The notes: generated from the sequence alone by a model not told the origin. DNA of 64,000 bases from an uncultured Bordetella sp. (GCA_964531455.1 CAZHFZ010000009.1:7414-71413), one strand, 5' to 3'; positions 38,410 through 49,763 are shown, counted from the first letter of the stretch. Numbers and translations: made by a program.

Positions 38410-39479
38410 CCCGGCGCGAGCTCCATACAGATATCGGCCACTTTGCTCGCAGCATCCGGCTTGCCGACTGCTCTTGCAGAGCGGGCCATCTCCAGCAGCT
38501 TTGCGCGCGTCATGCCGCGCAAAACACCGGCAAGGGACTCTGCAGTCAGGGCGGGTTGGGGCATCAACAACGCAGCACCGCGATCAGCCAGATAGCCTGC
38601 GTTGCGCGTCTGATGGTCATCGACCGCATGCGGAAACGGCACCAGTATGCTGCCCACTCCGGCAACAGCAAGCTCTGTCACGGTAGTTGCACCGGCACGG
38701 CAGATGATCAGGTCGGCTTCGCCGTATCGCGCCGCCATGTCATCGACAAATGCGAGGACGTCGGCATCAACGCCGGCTTCCTTGTAGATCCGCCGCAGCG
38801 CTTCCACGTGCCCTGCCCCTGCCTGATGCACCACCAGCGGCCGCTCTGACGGCGCGAGTTGCGCCAATGCCAGCGGCACGATTTCATTCAGTGCGCGGGC
38901 GCCAAGACTGCCGCCGACGATCAGTACGCGCAACGGGCCGCTGCGGTTGGCAAAACGCGCCTCCGGCGGCTCAAGATCGACGATTTCGGTACGCACCGGA
39001 TTACCGGACCAGATGACATCGACGCGACCTTCAAATGCATCCGGAAACGCCGCAAGCACGCGATCAGCAACGCCGGCCAGCACGCGATTCGCCAGTCCGG
39101 GCACTGCATTCTGCTCATGAATCACCAGCGGTTTGCCAAACAATGCGGCCATCATTCCGCCAGGGAATGCAGCGTAACCACCCATTCCCAACACCACATC
39201 GGGACGATGACGGAAAATGGCGGCAACGCTTTGGCAGAAAGCAATCAACAAGGCAGCCGGCAACACCAGCTTGCGTAACAGGCCTTTGCCGCGAACACCG
39301 CCAAAACTGATCCAGGCCGTCGCGTATCCACGGGGCGGCACCAGCCGCTCTTCCATGCCCCCTTTGGCTCCCAGCCAGACCACGTTCCAGCCGCGGGCAC
39401 GCATGACATCGGCAACCGCCAAGCCGGGGAAAATATGTCCACCGGTACCGCCGGCCATGACGAGCAGGGTCCGCGTCAT
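38406..39479 (-). CDS. murG: Undecaprenyldiphospho-muramoylpentapeptide beta-N-acetylglucosaminyltransferase
   Basis: [23 protein letters not shown]. The start at Met61 overlaps the ftsW stop by 4 nt (ATGA). Confidence 0.95.
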   Translation of the reverse strand: MTRTLLVMAGGTGGHIFPGLAVADVMRARGWNVVWLGAKGGMEERLVPPRGYATAWISFGGVRGKGLLRKLVLPAALLIAFCQSVAAIFRHRPDVVLGMGGYAAFPGGMMAALFGKPLVIHEQNAVPGLANRVLAGVADRVLAAFPDAFEGRVDVIWSGNPVRTEIVDLEPPEARFANRSGPLRVLIVGGSLGARALNEIVPLALAQLAPSERPLVVHQAGAGHVEALRRIYKEAGVDADVLAFVDDMAARYGEADLIICRAGATTVTELAVAGVGSILVPFPHAVDDHQTRNAGYLADRGAALLMPQPALTAESLAGVLRGMTRAKLLEMARSARAVGKPDAASKVADICMELAPG

Positions 39480-40621
39480 ACCGTGAACCCCCGCGTCATC
39501 TGCCTGTTCTCCCAATCCACGCGCATCAATACCGCCAGCGCGCAGCAAGTCGCGAGAATGGCGCTGCCACCAAACGACAGCAACGGCAATGTCAGCCCCT
39601 TGGTAGGCAACACGCCCATGTTGACGCCCATATTGATGATCACCTGGACGCCGATCCACAAACCGATGCCTTGGGCAACCAATGCGGCGAAAGGACGGTC
39701 GAGTTCGATAGCCCTACGGCCTATGGCAAATGCGCGCCACACCAGCCACGAAAACAGCAGAATGATGATCAGCACTCCGACGAAGCCCAATTCTTCAGCA
39801 ATCACCGCAAGCAGGAAGTCGGTATGCGCTTCCGGCAGATAGAACAGCTTTTCGACGCTGGCGCCCAGTCCGACGCCAAACCATTCGCCCCGACCAAAAG
39901 CAATCAGCGCATGTGACAGCTGATATCCCTTGCCATACGGATCGGCCCAGGGATCCATGAACCCGATCACGCGCTGCATACGGTAAGGGCTGGTCCAGAT
40001 CAGCAGCAGGAAGCCGATCACCAGCATCACGATCAGCCCGGCGAACAATCTCCAGTTCATGCCGCCGAGGAACAGGATGCCCATTGCGATCACGGTGATT
40101 ACCGCGAATGCGCCGAAATCCGGTTCGCTCAACAACAGGGCGCCGGTCAGAAACATCACGCCGAACATCGGCAGAAAACCCTTGCGCAGGCTGTGCATGA
40201 ATGCCGCCTTGCGCACGGTGTAGTCCGCCGCGTAAAGCACTGCCGCAAGCTTCATCAGTTCAGACGGCTGCAGGTTGAATACATAAAGCGACAGCCAGCG
40301 CCGGCTGCCGTTGACCTCGCGGCCAATGCCCGGCACCAGCACCAGAGCCAGCAAACCAAGGCCGGCGAGGAACAGGAACGGCGCGGCCTGCTGCCATATC
40401 CGCAAAGGCACCTGAAACACCATTGCTGCGGCGATCAAACTGATGACGACGAAAATGGCGTGCCGGGTCAGGTAATACATCGAGTTGTTGCCGGTCATCC
40501 GGCTGGCCTCGGCGATTGCAATCGAGGCGGAGTAAACCATCACCAGACCCAGAGAAAGCAACAGCACCGTCACCCAGATCACACTCTGGTCATAATCGGC
40601 GCCGGCGCTGCGCTGATTCAT
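39476..40621 (-). CDS. ftsW: Peptidoglycan glycosyltransferase FtsW (SEDS family)
   Basis: Polytopic SEDS protein with PSELMKL and LPEAHTDF motifs. I place the start at Met37 (ATG 40621), 17 nt after the murD stop codon. Confidence 0.93.
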   Translation of the reverse strand: MNQRSAGADYDQSVIWVTVLLLSLGLVMVYSASIAIAEASRMTGNNSMYYLTRHAIFVVISLIAAAMVFQVPLRIWQQAAPFLFLAGLGLLALVLVPGIGREVNGSRRWLSLYVFNLQPSELMKLAAVLYAADYTVRKAAFMHSLRKGFLPMFGVMFLTGALLLSEPDFGAFAVITVIAMGILFLGGMNWRLFAGLIVMLVIGFLLLIWTSPYRMQRVIGFMDPWADPYGKGYQLSHALIAFGRGEWFGVGLGASVEKLFYLPEAHTDFLLAVIAEELGFVGVLIIILLFSWLVWRAFAIGRRAIELDRPFAALVAQGIGLWIGVQVIINMGVNMGVLPTKGLTLPLLSFGGSAILATCCALAVLMRVDWENRQMTRGFTV

Positions 40622-40638
40622 GGTGGCGAAGTACTGGC

Positions 40639-42018
40639 TCACGCACACCTCCGCTGCAGCGATGCAACTGCTTCGGCAAAAACCTCGGCGCGATGGACGT
40701 AATTGCGGAACATGTCGTAGCTGGCGCACGCCGGCGAGAGCAGCACGGCGTCGCCGGGACGCGCGGCATCAAATGCCAAATCCACGGCCTGCGCCATATC
40801 AGCGGCTTTGATCAATGGCACGTTATCGCCAATGGCCTGCGCTATCAGCGGGGCATCACGACCGATCAGCACCACCGCACGCGCACGTCCGCGCGCAGCG
40901 GCAGCCAGAGGCGCAAAGTCCTGCCCTTTGCCGTCGCCACCGGCGATCAGCACCACGGGCTCGCGCATCCCCGTCAGCGCCGCAACAGTAGCGCCAACGT
41001 TGGTTCCCTTGGAATCGTCGTAGAACGTTATATTATTGATTTTATTAATTTTTTTGACCCGGTGCGGCAACCCCTCGAACGTCTGCCAGCCCCGCGCAAT
41101 CGCCTCGTCAGCAACACCAACAACACGGCAAAGCGCACCTGCGGCGAGAGCATTAGCCGCATTGTGCAGGCCGGCAATGCGCAGCGCGGATACGGGTGCG
41201 AGGCAACACGAACCACGTCGCATATCTGCTGCAGCATCGTGTGCCGACAACCCCCAGTCCTCTTGGTCGCGCGGCACATCAAGGCCAAAAGTAACCACCG
41301 AACGGCCAGGACGGGCCATCCCTGCACTGCGTGCATCTTCACGATTAAGCACTTGCACGCCGTCACCGGAAAAAATCCGCGCCTTGGCCGCAGCGTATTC
41401 CGTCAATCCTTCGTAACGATCAAGATGATCTTCAGAAATATTCAGTACCGTCGCCGCTTGCGGCTTCAGAGAGTAAGTGCTCTCCAATTGAAAACTAGAA
41501 AGCTCAAGCACGAAAGCACCGGGCATGGCCTTACCATCCTCGATGTCAGTCAGGGCATCCAGCACCGGAAGCCCGATATTGCCGGCGACCACCGGGCGCA
41601 AACCACCTGCCGTGCAGATCTCCCCTGCCATCGCTGTCACCGTGCTCTTGCCGTTCGATCCGGTAATCGCAATAACCGGTGCCGCATCCTGGCGCCGGGA
41701 AAGCGCCTGCGCAAACAACTCGACATCACCGACAACCGGTATGCCGCGTCGCGCAGCCTGCGCAATGGCACCCGTACGACGATCCACGCCAGGGCTCACC
41801 GCAATAACGTCGGCAGCAGCAATCGTTTCATGCAGGGGTATACCCAGAAAGAGCGCCATCCCGGGAAACTCCCGGCGCAACACCGCGGCCTGCGGCGGCG
41901 CTGCCCGCGTATCGGTAACACTGACGACGGCGCCCTGACGTTGCAGCCATCGCGCCAGTGACAGGCCGGTGTCCCCGAGGCCCACCACCACAACACGCGC
42001 ACCGTTGAGAACGAGCAT
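40639..42018 (-). CDS. murD: UDP-N-acetylmuramoylalanine--D-glutamate ligase
   Basis: [20 protein letters not shown] aligns with the E. coli MurD N-terminus, and GSNGKST is present. Start Met39 is preferred, because the 38 upstream in-frame codons do not look protein-like. Confidence 0.9.
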   Translation of the reverse strand: MLVLNGARVVVVGLGDTGLSLARWLQRQGAVVSVTDTRAAPPQAAVLRREFPGMALFLGIPLHETIAAADVIAVSPGVDRRTGAIAQAARRGIPVVGDVELFAQALSRRQDAAPVIAITGSNGKSTVTAMAGEICTAGGLRPVVAGNIGLPVLDALTDIEDGKAMPGAFVLELSSFQLESTYSLKPQAATVLNISEDHLDRYEGLTEYAAAKARIFSGDGVQVLNREDARSAGMARPGRSVVTFGLDVPRDQEDWGLSAHDAAADMRRGSCCLAPVSALRIAGLHNAANALAAGALCRVVGVADEAIARGWQTFEGLPHRVKKINKINNITFYDDSKGTNVGATVAALTGMREPVVLIAGGDGKGQDFAPLAAAARGRARAVVLIGRDAPLIAQAIGDNVPLIKAADMAQAVDLAFDAARPGDAVLLSPACASYDMFRNYVHRAEVFAEAVASLQRRCA

Positions 42019-42133
42019 CAGCAGCGCCCCCTCACCGGCAACGCAGGCGATAACCATGCCCTGCACATGCGAACCGTTGCCGGCATCGTGACTGCGGCAA
42101 CGCATTTCATGTGTCGGGGTTCCGTTATGCATT

Positions 42134-43219
42134 TCATCGCAGCTTCAATGTCGACAGTCCGACCAGCACCAGCATCATCGTGATGATCCAGAAACGAACG
42201 ACGACCTGATTCTCTTTCCAGCCTTTGAGTTCGTAATGGTGGTGCAGCGGCGCCATGCGGAATATTCGCTTGCCAGTAAGCTTGAACGACGCCACCTGCA
42301 GCATGACCGACAGGGTTTCAACGACAAAAACGCCGCCCATGATGAACAGCACGATCTCCTGTCGTACGATGACCGCAATCGTGCCCAGTGCGGCGCCCAG
42401 CGCCAGCGCACCGACATCGCCCATGAACACTTCCGCCGGATAGGCGTTGAACCAGAGAAAAGCGAGGCCGGCCCCGGCAATCGCGCCGCAGATCACAGTC
42501 AACTCGCCTGCGCCGGGGATGTACGGGAACACCAGATACTTTGCAAACACCGCGTTGCCGGCCACATAAGCGAACACGCCCAGCGCACTGCCGACCATGA
42601 CCGTCGGCATGATTGCGAGTCCATCGAGTCCATCAGTGAGGTTTACTGCATTGCTGGTGCCGACGATGACGAAATAGGTCATCACTATGAAACCAACGGC
42701 GCCCAGCGGGTAAGCAACCTGCTTGAAGAAGGGAACGATAAACTCGGTTTGCTGCGGCAGATTTGTCGAGTACGCAATAAACAACGCTGCGCCGAGGCCG
42801 AAAACGGATTGCCAGAAAAACTTGACCTTCGCCGACAGCCCCTTCGGATTGCGATGCACAACCTTGCGGTAATCATCAACCCAGCCGATGGCGCCGAAAC
42901 CGACAGTCACACAAAGCACGACCCAGACAAAACGGTTCTGCAGATCGGCCCACAACAGCGTAGTCACTATGATCGAGACCAGGATCAGCGCGCCGCCCAT
43001 GGTCGGCGTACCGGCTTTGATCAGGTGGGTCTGCGGACCGTCATCACGCACCGCCTGGCCGATCTTGTAAGCCGTTAGCTTGCGGATCAGCATCGGGCCG
43101 ATCATGAACGAAATCAGCAACGAGGTCAGGCAGGCGAGCACCGCGCGCAATGTCAGGTAACTGAAGACATTGAAGGCACGGACATACTGTTCCATCCATT
43201 GCGCGAATTCGAGCAGCAT
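42134..43219 (-). CDS. mraY: Phospho-N-acetylmuramoyl-pentapeptide transferase
   Basis: [12 protein letters not shown] ... KAGTPTMGG ... [13 protein letters not shown] ... [10 protein letters not shown]. Confidence 0.97.
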   Translation of the reverse strand: MLLEFAQWMEQYVRAFNVFSYLTLRAVLACLTSLLISFMIGPMLIRKLTAYKIGQAVRDDGPQTHLIKAGTPTMGGALILVSIIVTTLLWADLQNRFVWVVLCVTVGFGAIGWVDDYRKVVHRNPKGLSAKVKFFWQSVFGLGAALFIAYSTNLPQQTEFIVPFFKQVAYPLGAVGFIVMTYFVIVGTSNAVNLTDGLDGLAIMPTVMVGSALGVFAYVAGNAVFAKYLVFPYIPGAGELTVICGAIAGAGLAFLWFNAYPAEVFMGDVGALALGAALGTIAVIVRQEIVLFIMGGVFVVETLSVMLQVASFKLTGKRIFRMAPLHHHYELKGWKENQVVVRFWIITMMLVLVGLSTLKLR

Positions 43220-43222
43220 CGC

Positions 43223-44584
43223 CTAGACTCCAGCCACTGAATCTTCGAAACTGCGTACCACGCGCTCCATCTGCATGAAGCGCGACCCCTTTACCAGCAC
43301 TGCAACCTGCGGACCAAGTGCCGCACCGACATCCAGCAGCAACGCCTCAATCGCCGCGTAATGCCGTGCGCCTGCACCGAATGCACGTGCGGCATGCGCC
43401 GCCAGCTCACCCATGGCATACAACTCGTCAATGCCGCGGTCTCGCGCATACTTACCAATCTCGACATGGAAATCCCTGCCTTGGGTGCCGACCTCGCCCA
43501 TATCGCCCAGCACGAGCAATTTGCGCCCGGGAGAACGCGCCAGTACGTCAATGGCAGCACGCACCGAATCCGGATTCGCGTTGTAGGTATCGTCAATCAG
43601 CAGCGCGCCCTGACGGCTGCGTTTGATCTGCAGGCGGCCCTTCACCGCGGAAAAACCGGTCAGCGCACGGATACACGAATCAAGCGTGGCGCCGGCTGCT
43701 GTAGAAGCTGCAATGGCGGCAAGCGCATTACGTGCATTGTGTTCACCGGCCAGCGGCAGATCAAAAGCACCAGCCCCCTCCGGCGTGCGGACTGCGAGGC
43801 GCGCCGAAACCGCCCGCAACTCGCAGCTTGCGCTGACGGCCGCCTTCGCATCAAACCCGAAATCACGTACCGCGCGTGCTCCGGCAGCCTTGCGCCAGAC
43901 AGCTGCATGAACATCATCGGCATTGATCACTGCAATACCATCGGCGGGCAGCGCCGCCACAAGACTGGCGTGCTCATCGGCGACGTCGGCCACGCTGCGC
44001 ATGAACTCCTGGTGCTCGCGCTGTGCGTTGTTGATGACGGCAACGGTCGGTGCTGCAATCTTCGCCAGTTCCGCAGTTTCACCGGGGTGATTCATGCCGA
44101 CTTCCACCACACCGACGCGATGCGCAGCGCGCAGCGTCAAAAGGGTCAGCGGCAGGCCGATGTGGTTGTTCAGGTTGCCGCGCGTTGCCAGCACCGCCCC
44201 ATCGCCGAAATGCGCGCGCAGACAGGAAGCGATCATTTCCTTGACCGTGGTCTTGCCGTTGGAGCCGGCTACCGCAATCATCGGGATACTGAATTGTCGG
44301 CGCCAATGTGCGGCGAGCGCCCCCAAAGCCGCTGTTGTGTCATCCACAGCGGCTACAGGCAACGGCGCAGTTTGCTGATGCCCACGGTCAATCAGGGCCG
44401 CAACCGCACCGGCAGCGGCAGCCTTGGCGACAAAATCATGCCCGTCGTAACGTTCGCCGCGCAAGGCAACGAACAGGTCGCCGGACTGCAGCGTACGGCT
44501 GTCGGTGCAGACATTCAGAAACCGCACATCGCTGCCGCGCAGTTCGCCGCCCAATACGGTCGCGGCCTGGGCCAGATTCATCAC
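43223..44584 (-). CDS. murF: UDP-N-acetylmuramoyl-tripeptide--D-alanyl-D-alanine ligase
   Basis: AVAGSNGKTTVKEM and DDTYNANP. 4-nt overlap with murE. Confidence 0.95.
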   Translation of the reverse strand: MMNLAQAATVLGGELRGSDVRFLNVCTDSRTLQSGDLFVALRGERYDGHDFVAKAAAAGAVAALIDRGHQQTAPLPVAAVDDTTAALGALAAHWRRQFSIPMIAVAGSNGKTTVKEMIASCLRAHFGDGAVLATRGNLNNHIGLPLTLLTLRAAHRVGVVEVGMNHPGETAELAKIAAPTVAVINNAQREHQEFMRSVADVADEHASLVAALPADGIAVINADDVHAAVWRKAAGARAVRDFGFDAKAAVSASCELRAVSARLAVRTPEGAGAFDLPLAGEHNARNALAAIAASTAAGATLDSCIRALTGFSAVKGRLQIKRSRQGALLIDDTYNANPDSVRAAIDVLARSPGRKLLVLGDMGEVGTQGRDFHVEIGKYARDRGIDELYAMGELAAHAARAFGAGARHYAAIEALLLDVGAALGPQVAVLVKGSRFMQMERVVRSFEDSVAGV

Positions 44585-46050
44585 TGCGCCCTCCCCGCCA
44601 ATGCAGCACGCACCACTGAGGCGTCGCTGTAGCGCCGGCGCACACCGCGGATTTCCTGATACTGCTCATGACCTTTGCCGGCCACCAGTACGATGTCGCC
44701 GCGCCGTGCTTCGGCAATAGCCGCGCTTACAGCCTCCCGCCGATCGACGATCTGCTCGTGTTTGCGGCGCACGCCCTTGGCGATTTGCGCAATGATTTCG
44801 AGCGGATCTTCGCTGCGCGGATTGTCGCTGGTGATGATCAGCTGATCAGCGTGGCGCGCGGCCGCCTCGCCCATCAGCGGCCGCTTGCCGCGATCACGAT
44901 CACCGCCGCAACCGAATACGCAGATCAGCCGCGCCTTGCCGCCGGCTGCGGCACGCAGGCTCTCCAGCACTTTCTGGAGTGCGTCCGGCGTATGCGCGTA
45001 ATCCACAATGACCAGCGGCGAACGGCCGCCGCCGTAACGTTCGGTTCGTCCCGGCACCGGCACGACCTTCTGCAGTGCCGCTACCGATTGCTCCAGGCCG
45101 ACGTCGCTGGCCAGCAGCGTCGCCAGCGAGCCCAGCAGGTTCGCCGCATTGAAGCGCCCGATCAGCGGGCTCTCCAGCGTCGCGCGCCCCCATGGCGAAG
45201 CGATGTCGAATGAAATGCCGTCGAGTCCCACACGGAGGTTGCGGCCTTCAACGCAAGGCGTGCGCAGACGGCCGCTGCGGCGGTCAAAACCGTAACCCAG
45301 CAGTGCGCTGCGGCGATGCTTCCAGCGCTGTGCCAGTTCGCAGCCGAAAGCGTCGTCCAGGTTGACCACGGCGTGACTCAGTGTCGGCCAGCGGAACAGC
45401 CGCGCCTTGGCCGCCTTGTAGCGCCGCATCGTGCCGTGATAATCCAGATGGTCGCGCGTCAGGTTGGTCAGCATGGCGACGTCGAATTCGACTCCGGCAA
45501 CGCGGTCCTGATCCAGCCCGATGGAAGACACCTCCATCGACACCGCCTTGGCGCCTGCCCGCACAAACGTTCTCATGTGCGCATGCAGCGTCACCGCATC
45601 CGGCGTGGTGTTGACCAATTCATCAAGGTGGCCGGGAAAACCGCTGCCCAGTGTGCCGACCACGGCGCATTTACGTCGCTCTCGGGTGAGGGCTCGGGCA
45701 ATCCACTGGCTGCACGACGTCTTGCCGTTGGTTCCGGTCACGCCTATGGTCCACAAACGGGCACTGGGTTTGCCGTAGATCTCGCTGGCAATCACGCCGG
45801 CGTTGCTGCGCAATTGAGTAATGCCGAGGTTCGGTACGCGCCAGCGGCGGTTCCACGAGAAACCATCCGCATCCCACAACACGGAGCCGGCACCGTTCTG
45901 CACCGCCTGCGCAATGTAATCACGGCCGTCGCGCGATTCACCGGGATAAGCAACGAAGGTATCGCCGGGCCGCACCGCACGGCTGTCCACCTTCAGCCGG
46001 CGCACGCCGAGGGTGAGTATTGCCTGCATGTCGGGTGCGCGGATCGTCAT
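44581..46050 (-). CDS. murE: UDP-N-acetylmuramoyl-L-alanyl-D-glutamate--2,6-diaminopimelate ligase
   Basis: GVTGTNGKTS and DYAHTPDAL, plus a DNPR motif (ITSDNPRSEDP) consistent with meso-DAP specificity. Confidence 0.95.
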   Translation of the reverse strand: MTIRAPDMQAILTLGVRRLKVDSRAVRPGDTFVAYPGESRDGRDYIAQAVQNGAGSVLWDADGFSWNRRWRVPNLGITQLRSNAGVIASEIYGKPSARLWTIGVTGTNGKTSCSQWIARALTRERRKCAVVGTLGSGFPGHLDELVNTTPDAVTLHAHMRTFVRAGAKAVSMEVSSIGLDQDRVAGVEFDVAMLTNLTRDHLDYHGTMRRYKAAKARLFRWPTLSHAVVNLDDAFGCELAQRWKHRRSALLGYGFDRRSGRLRTPCVEGRNLRVGLDGISFDIASPWGRATLESPLIGRFNAANLLGSLATLLASDVGLEQSVAALQKVVPVPGRTERYGGGRSPLVIVDYAHTPDALQKVLESLRAAAGGKARLICVFGCGGDRDRGKRPLMGEAAARHADQLIITSDNPRSEDPLEIIAQIAKGVRRKHEQIVDRREAVSAAIAEARRGDIVLVAGKGHEQYQEIRGVRRRYSDASVVRAALAGRAQ

Positions 46051-47780
46051 ACATCCTCCCGCACGACAGGCACTTCTTCCGGCGCCAGCACCGTGGTCTT
46101 GCCCGGGGCATCGGGTGGCACCGCCAACAGGCGCAAGGTACCGGCAGCAACCAGACTGAAAATCGGGGCGGCAACTGCCCCCCCATAATGCTGGCCGGCC
46201 GATGGCTCATCAATCATCACGGCGATAATCACGCGCGGCTTTGATGCCGGTGCCAAACCGACAAATGAGGCCACATAGCGGTTGGTGGCATAGCCCTTGC
46301 CTTCGAGTTTATGCGCCGTGCCGGTTTTGCCGGCCACCGTGTAACCCGCGATCTGCGCGCCCGGGGCCGTCCCGCCCGGTTGTGCGGCCATTTCGAGCAT
46401 GCGCCGCACTGCCAGCGCGGTCTGCGCAGAAATAACCTGAACGCCTTCAGGCGGTCCGTTACGCTTCAGCAACGTAACCGGGTAAAGCATGCCATCGGAC
46501 GCAAAAATCGTGTAAGCCCGCGCCAGTTGCATCAGTGAAACCGAAATGCCGTAGCCGTACGACATCGTGGCTTGTTCAATCGGCTTCCAGGTGCCATGGG
46601 CGCGCAACCGCCCTGAGACTTCGCCTGGAAAACCCGAGCGCGGCGGCGCACCGAAACCCGCTCGGCTGAACATGCTCCACAGCACCTCAGGAGGCATGGT
46701 CAAACCCATCTTCGCGGTGCCGACATTGGAGGATTTCTGAATCACCTGCGCAACCGTCAGCGCACCCTGCGGATGCGCATCATGAATGGTGCGATTGCCG
46801 ATGGTCATGCTTCCCGGCGCCGTCTGGATCACAGAGCTTGCCTGAAACAGTCCGGCCTCCAGCGCCGCCGCCGCTGTGAACGGCTTGAGCGTGGAACCCG
46901 GCTCAAAAAGATCCGTCAATACCCGATTGCGGGTACGCGACGCATCCACTTTGCCCCGGCTGTTCGGGTTATATGTTGGCAGGTTGGCCATCGCCAGCAC
47001 CTCGCCGTTCTGGGCATCGAGCACAACGATGCCCCCTGCCTTTGCACGATGCGCCGCCACAGCTTCCTTGAGCTCGCGGAACGCCAGATACTGAATGCGC
47101 GCATCAATCGACAGCTTGAGGCGTTCGCCGTTCTGCGGCACGCGGATGCTTTCGACGTCTTCGACGATGCGCCCAAGGCGGTCGCGGATCACTCGACGAC
47201 TGCCTGGTTTTCCGGACAGCCGGTCTTCGTAGGCCAGTTCAAGCGCTTCCTGGCCTTTTTCGTCAACGCCGGTAAATCCGATGATGTGCGCCATCACATC
47301 ACCTGCCGGGTAATAGCGGCGGTGCTCACGCTGCAGGAACACCCCGGGGATGCCGAGTTGAACGACACGCTCAGCCTGCTCCGGGGGCAATTGCCGCTTC
47401 AGATAGACAAATTCGCGCTTGGTGTCAGCGAGTCTGCCGTGCAGATCTTCCATGCTGACACCGAGCAATTGCGAAAGACGGCGCAGGTCGGCAGGCTCAG
47501 CTTCGATGTCGGCCGGACTCGCTGCTACGGATTCGACTGGCGTAGAGATTGCCAGCGGCTCGTTATTGCGGTCAACAATCATGCCGCGGCTTGCGCCGAT
47601 TTCAATCACACGTGAATACCGCGACTCACCCTTGGCCTGCAGGAAATCGTTATTCAGCGCCTGTAACCACAGCGCACGTCCGGCGAGTCCGATGAACCAG
47701 GCGCCGATGACAATCAACAGCAGGTTGGCGCGCCAGGTCGGCAGGCTCGGGGCCGGATCACGTTTCAGCGCCGGCTTCAA
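46047..47780 (-). CDS. ftsI: Peptidoglycan D,D-transpeptidase FtsI (PBP3)
   Basis: An N-terminal TM anchor is followed by the STLKPF (SxxK), KSSN and KTGTA active-site triad. Confidence 0.95.
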   Translation of the reverse strand: MKPALKRDPAPSLPTWRANLLLIVIGAWFIGLAGRALWLQALNNDFLQAKGESRYSRVIEIGASRGMIVDRNNEPLAISTPVESVAASPADIEAEPADLRRLSQLLGVSMEDLHGRLADTKREFVYLKRQLPPEQAERVVQLGIPGVFLQREHRRYYPAGDVMAHIIGFTGVDEKGQEALELAYEDRLSGKPGSRRVIRDRLGRIVEDVESIRVPQNGERLKLSIDARIQYLAFRELKEAVAAHRAKAGGIVVLDAQNGEVLAMANLPTYNPNSRGKVDASRTRNRVLTDLFEPGSTLKPFTAAAALEAGLFQASSVIQTAPGSMTIGNRTIHDAHPQGALTVAQVIQKSSNVGTAKMGLTMPPEVLWSMFSRAGFGAPPRSGFPGEVSGRLRAHGTWKPIEQATMSYGYGISVSLMQLARAYTIFASDGMLYPVTLLKRNGPPEGVQVISAQTALAVRRMLEMAAQPGGTAPGAQIAGYTVAGKTGTAHKLEGKGYATNRYVASFVGLAPASKPRVIIAVMIDEPSAGQHYGGAVAAPIFSLVAAGTLRLLAVPPDAPGKTTVLAPEEVPVVREDV

Positions 47781-48061
47781 GGCTGCCCCCCCGCACGGGA
47801 CGGCTGCACCACTTCAATACGAGCAGCCACCGGCAAGCGCATATCCAGTTCACGCGTCGCAATGCGCTCGACGCGGGCGTGCGTTGACCAGGTGCCCTGC
47901 TCAAGCTGCAGTTGCCCCCATTCAATCTCCAGTTGTTTGGCCGTCGACTGATCTTTCTGCAGTTCGACATAGAGCTTGCGCGCCTTGTGCTGCGAGGCGA
48001 CAACGGCCATCGCGCAGATCACCAGCGCGGCGAGCAGCAGGAAGGTAATGCGTGCGGTCAT
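47777..48061 (-). CDS. ftsL: Cell division protein FtsL
   Basis: 94-aa bitopic protein with a TM helix and a leucine-zipper-like region. It lies between rsmH and ftsI with 4-nt overlaps on both sides. Confidence 0.9.
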   Translation of the reverse strand: MTARITFLLLAALVICAMAVVASQHKARKLYVELQKDQSTAKQLEIEWGQLQLEQGTWSTHARVERIATRELDMRLPVAARIEVVQPSRAGGQP

Positions 48062-48996
48062 GCCGCAATGGCCTCCGTACGTTCGGCAACACGCATGACC
48101 GCGCTGCGTGCACGCGGATTGGCGGCTGTTTCGCGATCACTGGCGCGCACCGCGCGGCCGACCAGCCGCATCCGCGGTTGCGGCAAATCGCGAGCGCGCA
48201 CCGGCAAACGCGCCGGCAATGCGTCGGCCTGGGACTGTGCACGCATGAACCGTTTGACGATGCGGTCTTCAAGAGAATGAAAACTGATCACCACCAGCCG
48301 TCCGCCCGCCCCGAGCAGGGCTACGCACTGCGGCAGCACTACCGAAAGCTCCTCAAGCTCCTGATTGACGTGAATCCGTAAAGCTTGAAACGTGCGCGTC
48401 GCCGGATCCTGGCGTGGCTCGCGCGTGGGTACGGCATCTGCCACGAGCGTGGCAAGTTTTCGTGTGGTGTCAACAGGTCCCCGCGTCCGAGCCGCAACAA
48501 TCGCTGCTGCAATCTGTTTAGCAAACCGTTCTTCGCCATGGTTCCTGATGACCTCCCTGATTTCTGATTCTTCTGCTGTTGCAAGCCACTCAGCCGCGCT
48601 TTGGCCCTGATCCGGATCCATGCGCATGTCGAGCGGCGCATCGCTGCGGAAGCTGAACCCGCGGCGTCCGTCGTCGATCTGCGGCGACGACACACCAATG
48701 TCGAGCAGCATTCCGTCCACACCTGCCACACCAAGCTCCTGCAATACATCACGCACCCGGCTGAACGGACTGCGCACGATCAAAAACCGCGGATCGCGCA
48801 ATGCAGCAGCGGCCTGCACCGCCTCGGGATCACGATCGAGCGCAATCAACCTTCCGCCTTCGCCCAGCTTTTCCAGTATCAAACGGCTGTGACCACCCCG
48901 GCCGTACGTGCAATCGACATAAATGCCGTCGGACCGGATGTTCAATGCCTCTATGGCTTCCTGCGCGAGCACCGCGACATGCGCGCTGCTGGTCAC
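48058..48996 (-). CDS. rsmH: 16S rRNA (cytosine1402-N4)-methyltransferase
   Basis: [13 protein letters not shown] ... [11 protein letters not shown] ... DLGVSSPQ-type motifs. GTG 48996 overlaps the mraZ TGA (GTGA). Confidence 0.93.
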   Translation of the reverse strand: MTSSAHVAVLAQEAIEALNIRSDGIYVDCTYGRGGHSRLILEKLGEGGRLIALDRDPEAVQAAAALRDPRFLIVRSPFSRVRDVLQELGVAGVDGMLLDIGVSSPQIDDGRRGFSFRSDAPLDMRMDPDQGQSAAEWLATAEESEIREVIRNHGEERFAKQIAAAIVAARTRGPVDTTRKLATLVADAVPTREPRQDPATRTFQALRIHVNQELEELSVVLPQCVALLGAGGRLVVISFHSLEDRIVKRFMRAQSQADALPARLPVRARDLPQPRMRLVGRAVRASDRETAANPRARSAVMRVAERTEAIAA

Positions 48997-49439
48997 AAGG
49001 AGAAATCCTCCAGTTCCGTCGGCAGCCCGCCGGCACCGAAACCACCGGCGTTGTCGATGAGCTGCGTCCAGCGTTCGTCGTTCCACAGTTCGAATTTTTT
49101 ACCCTGTCCGACCAGCACGACGTTTTTCTCGAGCTGGGCGTAACGGCGCAGCTCCGGCGTAATCAGCACGCGGCCCGCACCATCCATGTCGACGTCGACC
49201 GCGAAACCGATCAATCGCCGCTGCAGTTCACGCACACGGGGATCAAGGTTCGACAGGCCTTCGAGTTTTTGCTGGATGAGTTCCCAGTCAGGCAGCGGGT
49301 AGATCAGCAGACAGCGATCGGCATCTGCGGTGATGACGAGATGTCCCGCGCAACGTTCGAGTAGCGTGTCGCGATGGCGTGCCGGTACGGCAAGCCTGCT
49401 TTTGCTGTCGAGATTGAGTTGTGCGACCCCGCGGAACAC
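48993..49439 (-). CDS. mraZ: Transcriptional regulator MraZ
   Basis: (GTG)[22 protein letters not shown] aligns with E. coli MFRGATLVNLDSKGRLSVP. An aaggggg RBS is present, as is the second SpoVT/AbrB-like repeat. Confidence 0.93.
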   Translation of the reverse strand: MFRGVAQLNLDSKSRLAVPARHRDTLLERCAGHLVITADADRCLLIYPLPDWELIQQKLEGLSNLDPRVRELQRRLIGFAVDVDMDGAGRVLITPELRRYAQLEKNVVLVGQGKKFELWNDERWTQLIDNAGGFGAGGLPTELEDFSL

Positions 49440-49497
49440 TCGCGCCCCCTTGCAAGGCAGGAAAACAGCGGTGCCGGACCCTTCCGGCGGCTTTTCT

Positions 49498-49549
49498 CCC
49501 ACTTTTTACCACTTCGCCCCACTATAAATAAGCGAGGCAGCAAGGTCAA
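49498..49549 (-). promoter_or_regulatory. Pmra promoter (TTGACC-17-TATAGT) with three MraZ-box direct repeats at 10-bp spacing
   Basis: On the minus strand: TTGACC (49549-49544), a 17-nt spacer, TATAGT (49526-49521), then GTGGG (49522-49518), GTGGT (49512-49508) and GTGGG (49502-49498), each 10 bp apart. This is about 60-110 nt upstream of the mraZ GTG. Confidence 0.7.
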
Positions 49550-49763
49550 GTGTCGATTTATCAAATTCCTTTTTTACGACAACGACTTACGTGCACTTGT
49601 TGAGGTCTGGAATAACCATTTTTTCGCAAAGAAATAATTCAATTAAAACAATGAGATATTACGCGTAATGAAAGTAGCGCATTAACTAATAATGCTTAAA
49701 AATCAGGCAATTAGGGAAAATCGGTCGTCGCTGTTGCCCGACAACGCTGAAAACAAGGAGGAA

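Noticed and set aside
36901-38595. 564-aa plus-strand ORF
   Set aside because: It is antisense to murC and the murB/murG ends, and has an Arg/His-rich composition. The same reasoning applies to 36258-37481, 40516-41961, 43361-44632, 33816-34928, 50747-51808 and 51660-52661.
42019-42132. In-frame 38-codon N-terminal extension of murD, which would close the mraY-murD gap
   Set aside because: The sequence (MHNGTPTHEMRCRSHDAGNGSHVQG...) is unlike any MurD N-terminus. Met39 aligns with E. coli MurD and has a GA-rich RBS. I kept it as a finding about the spacer instead.
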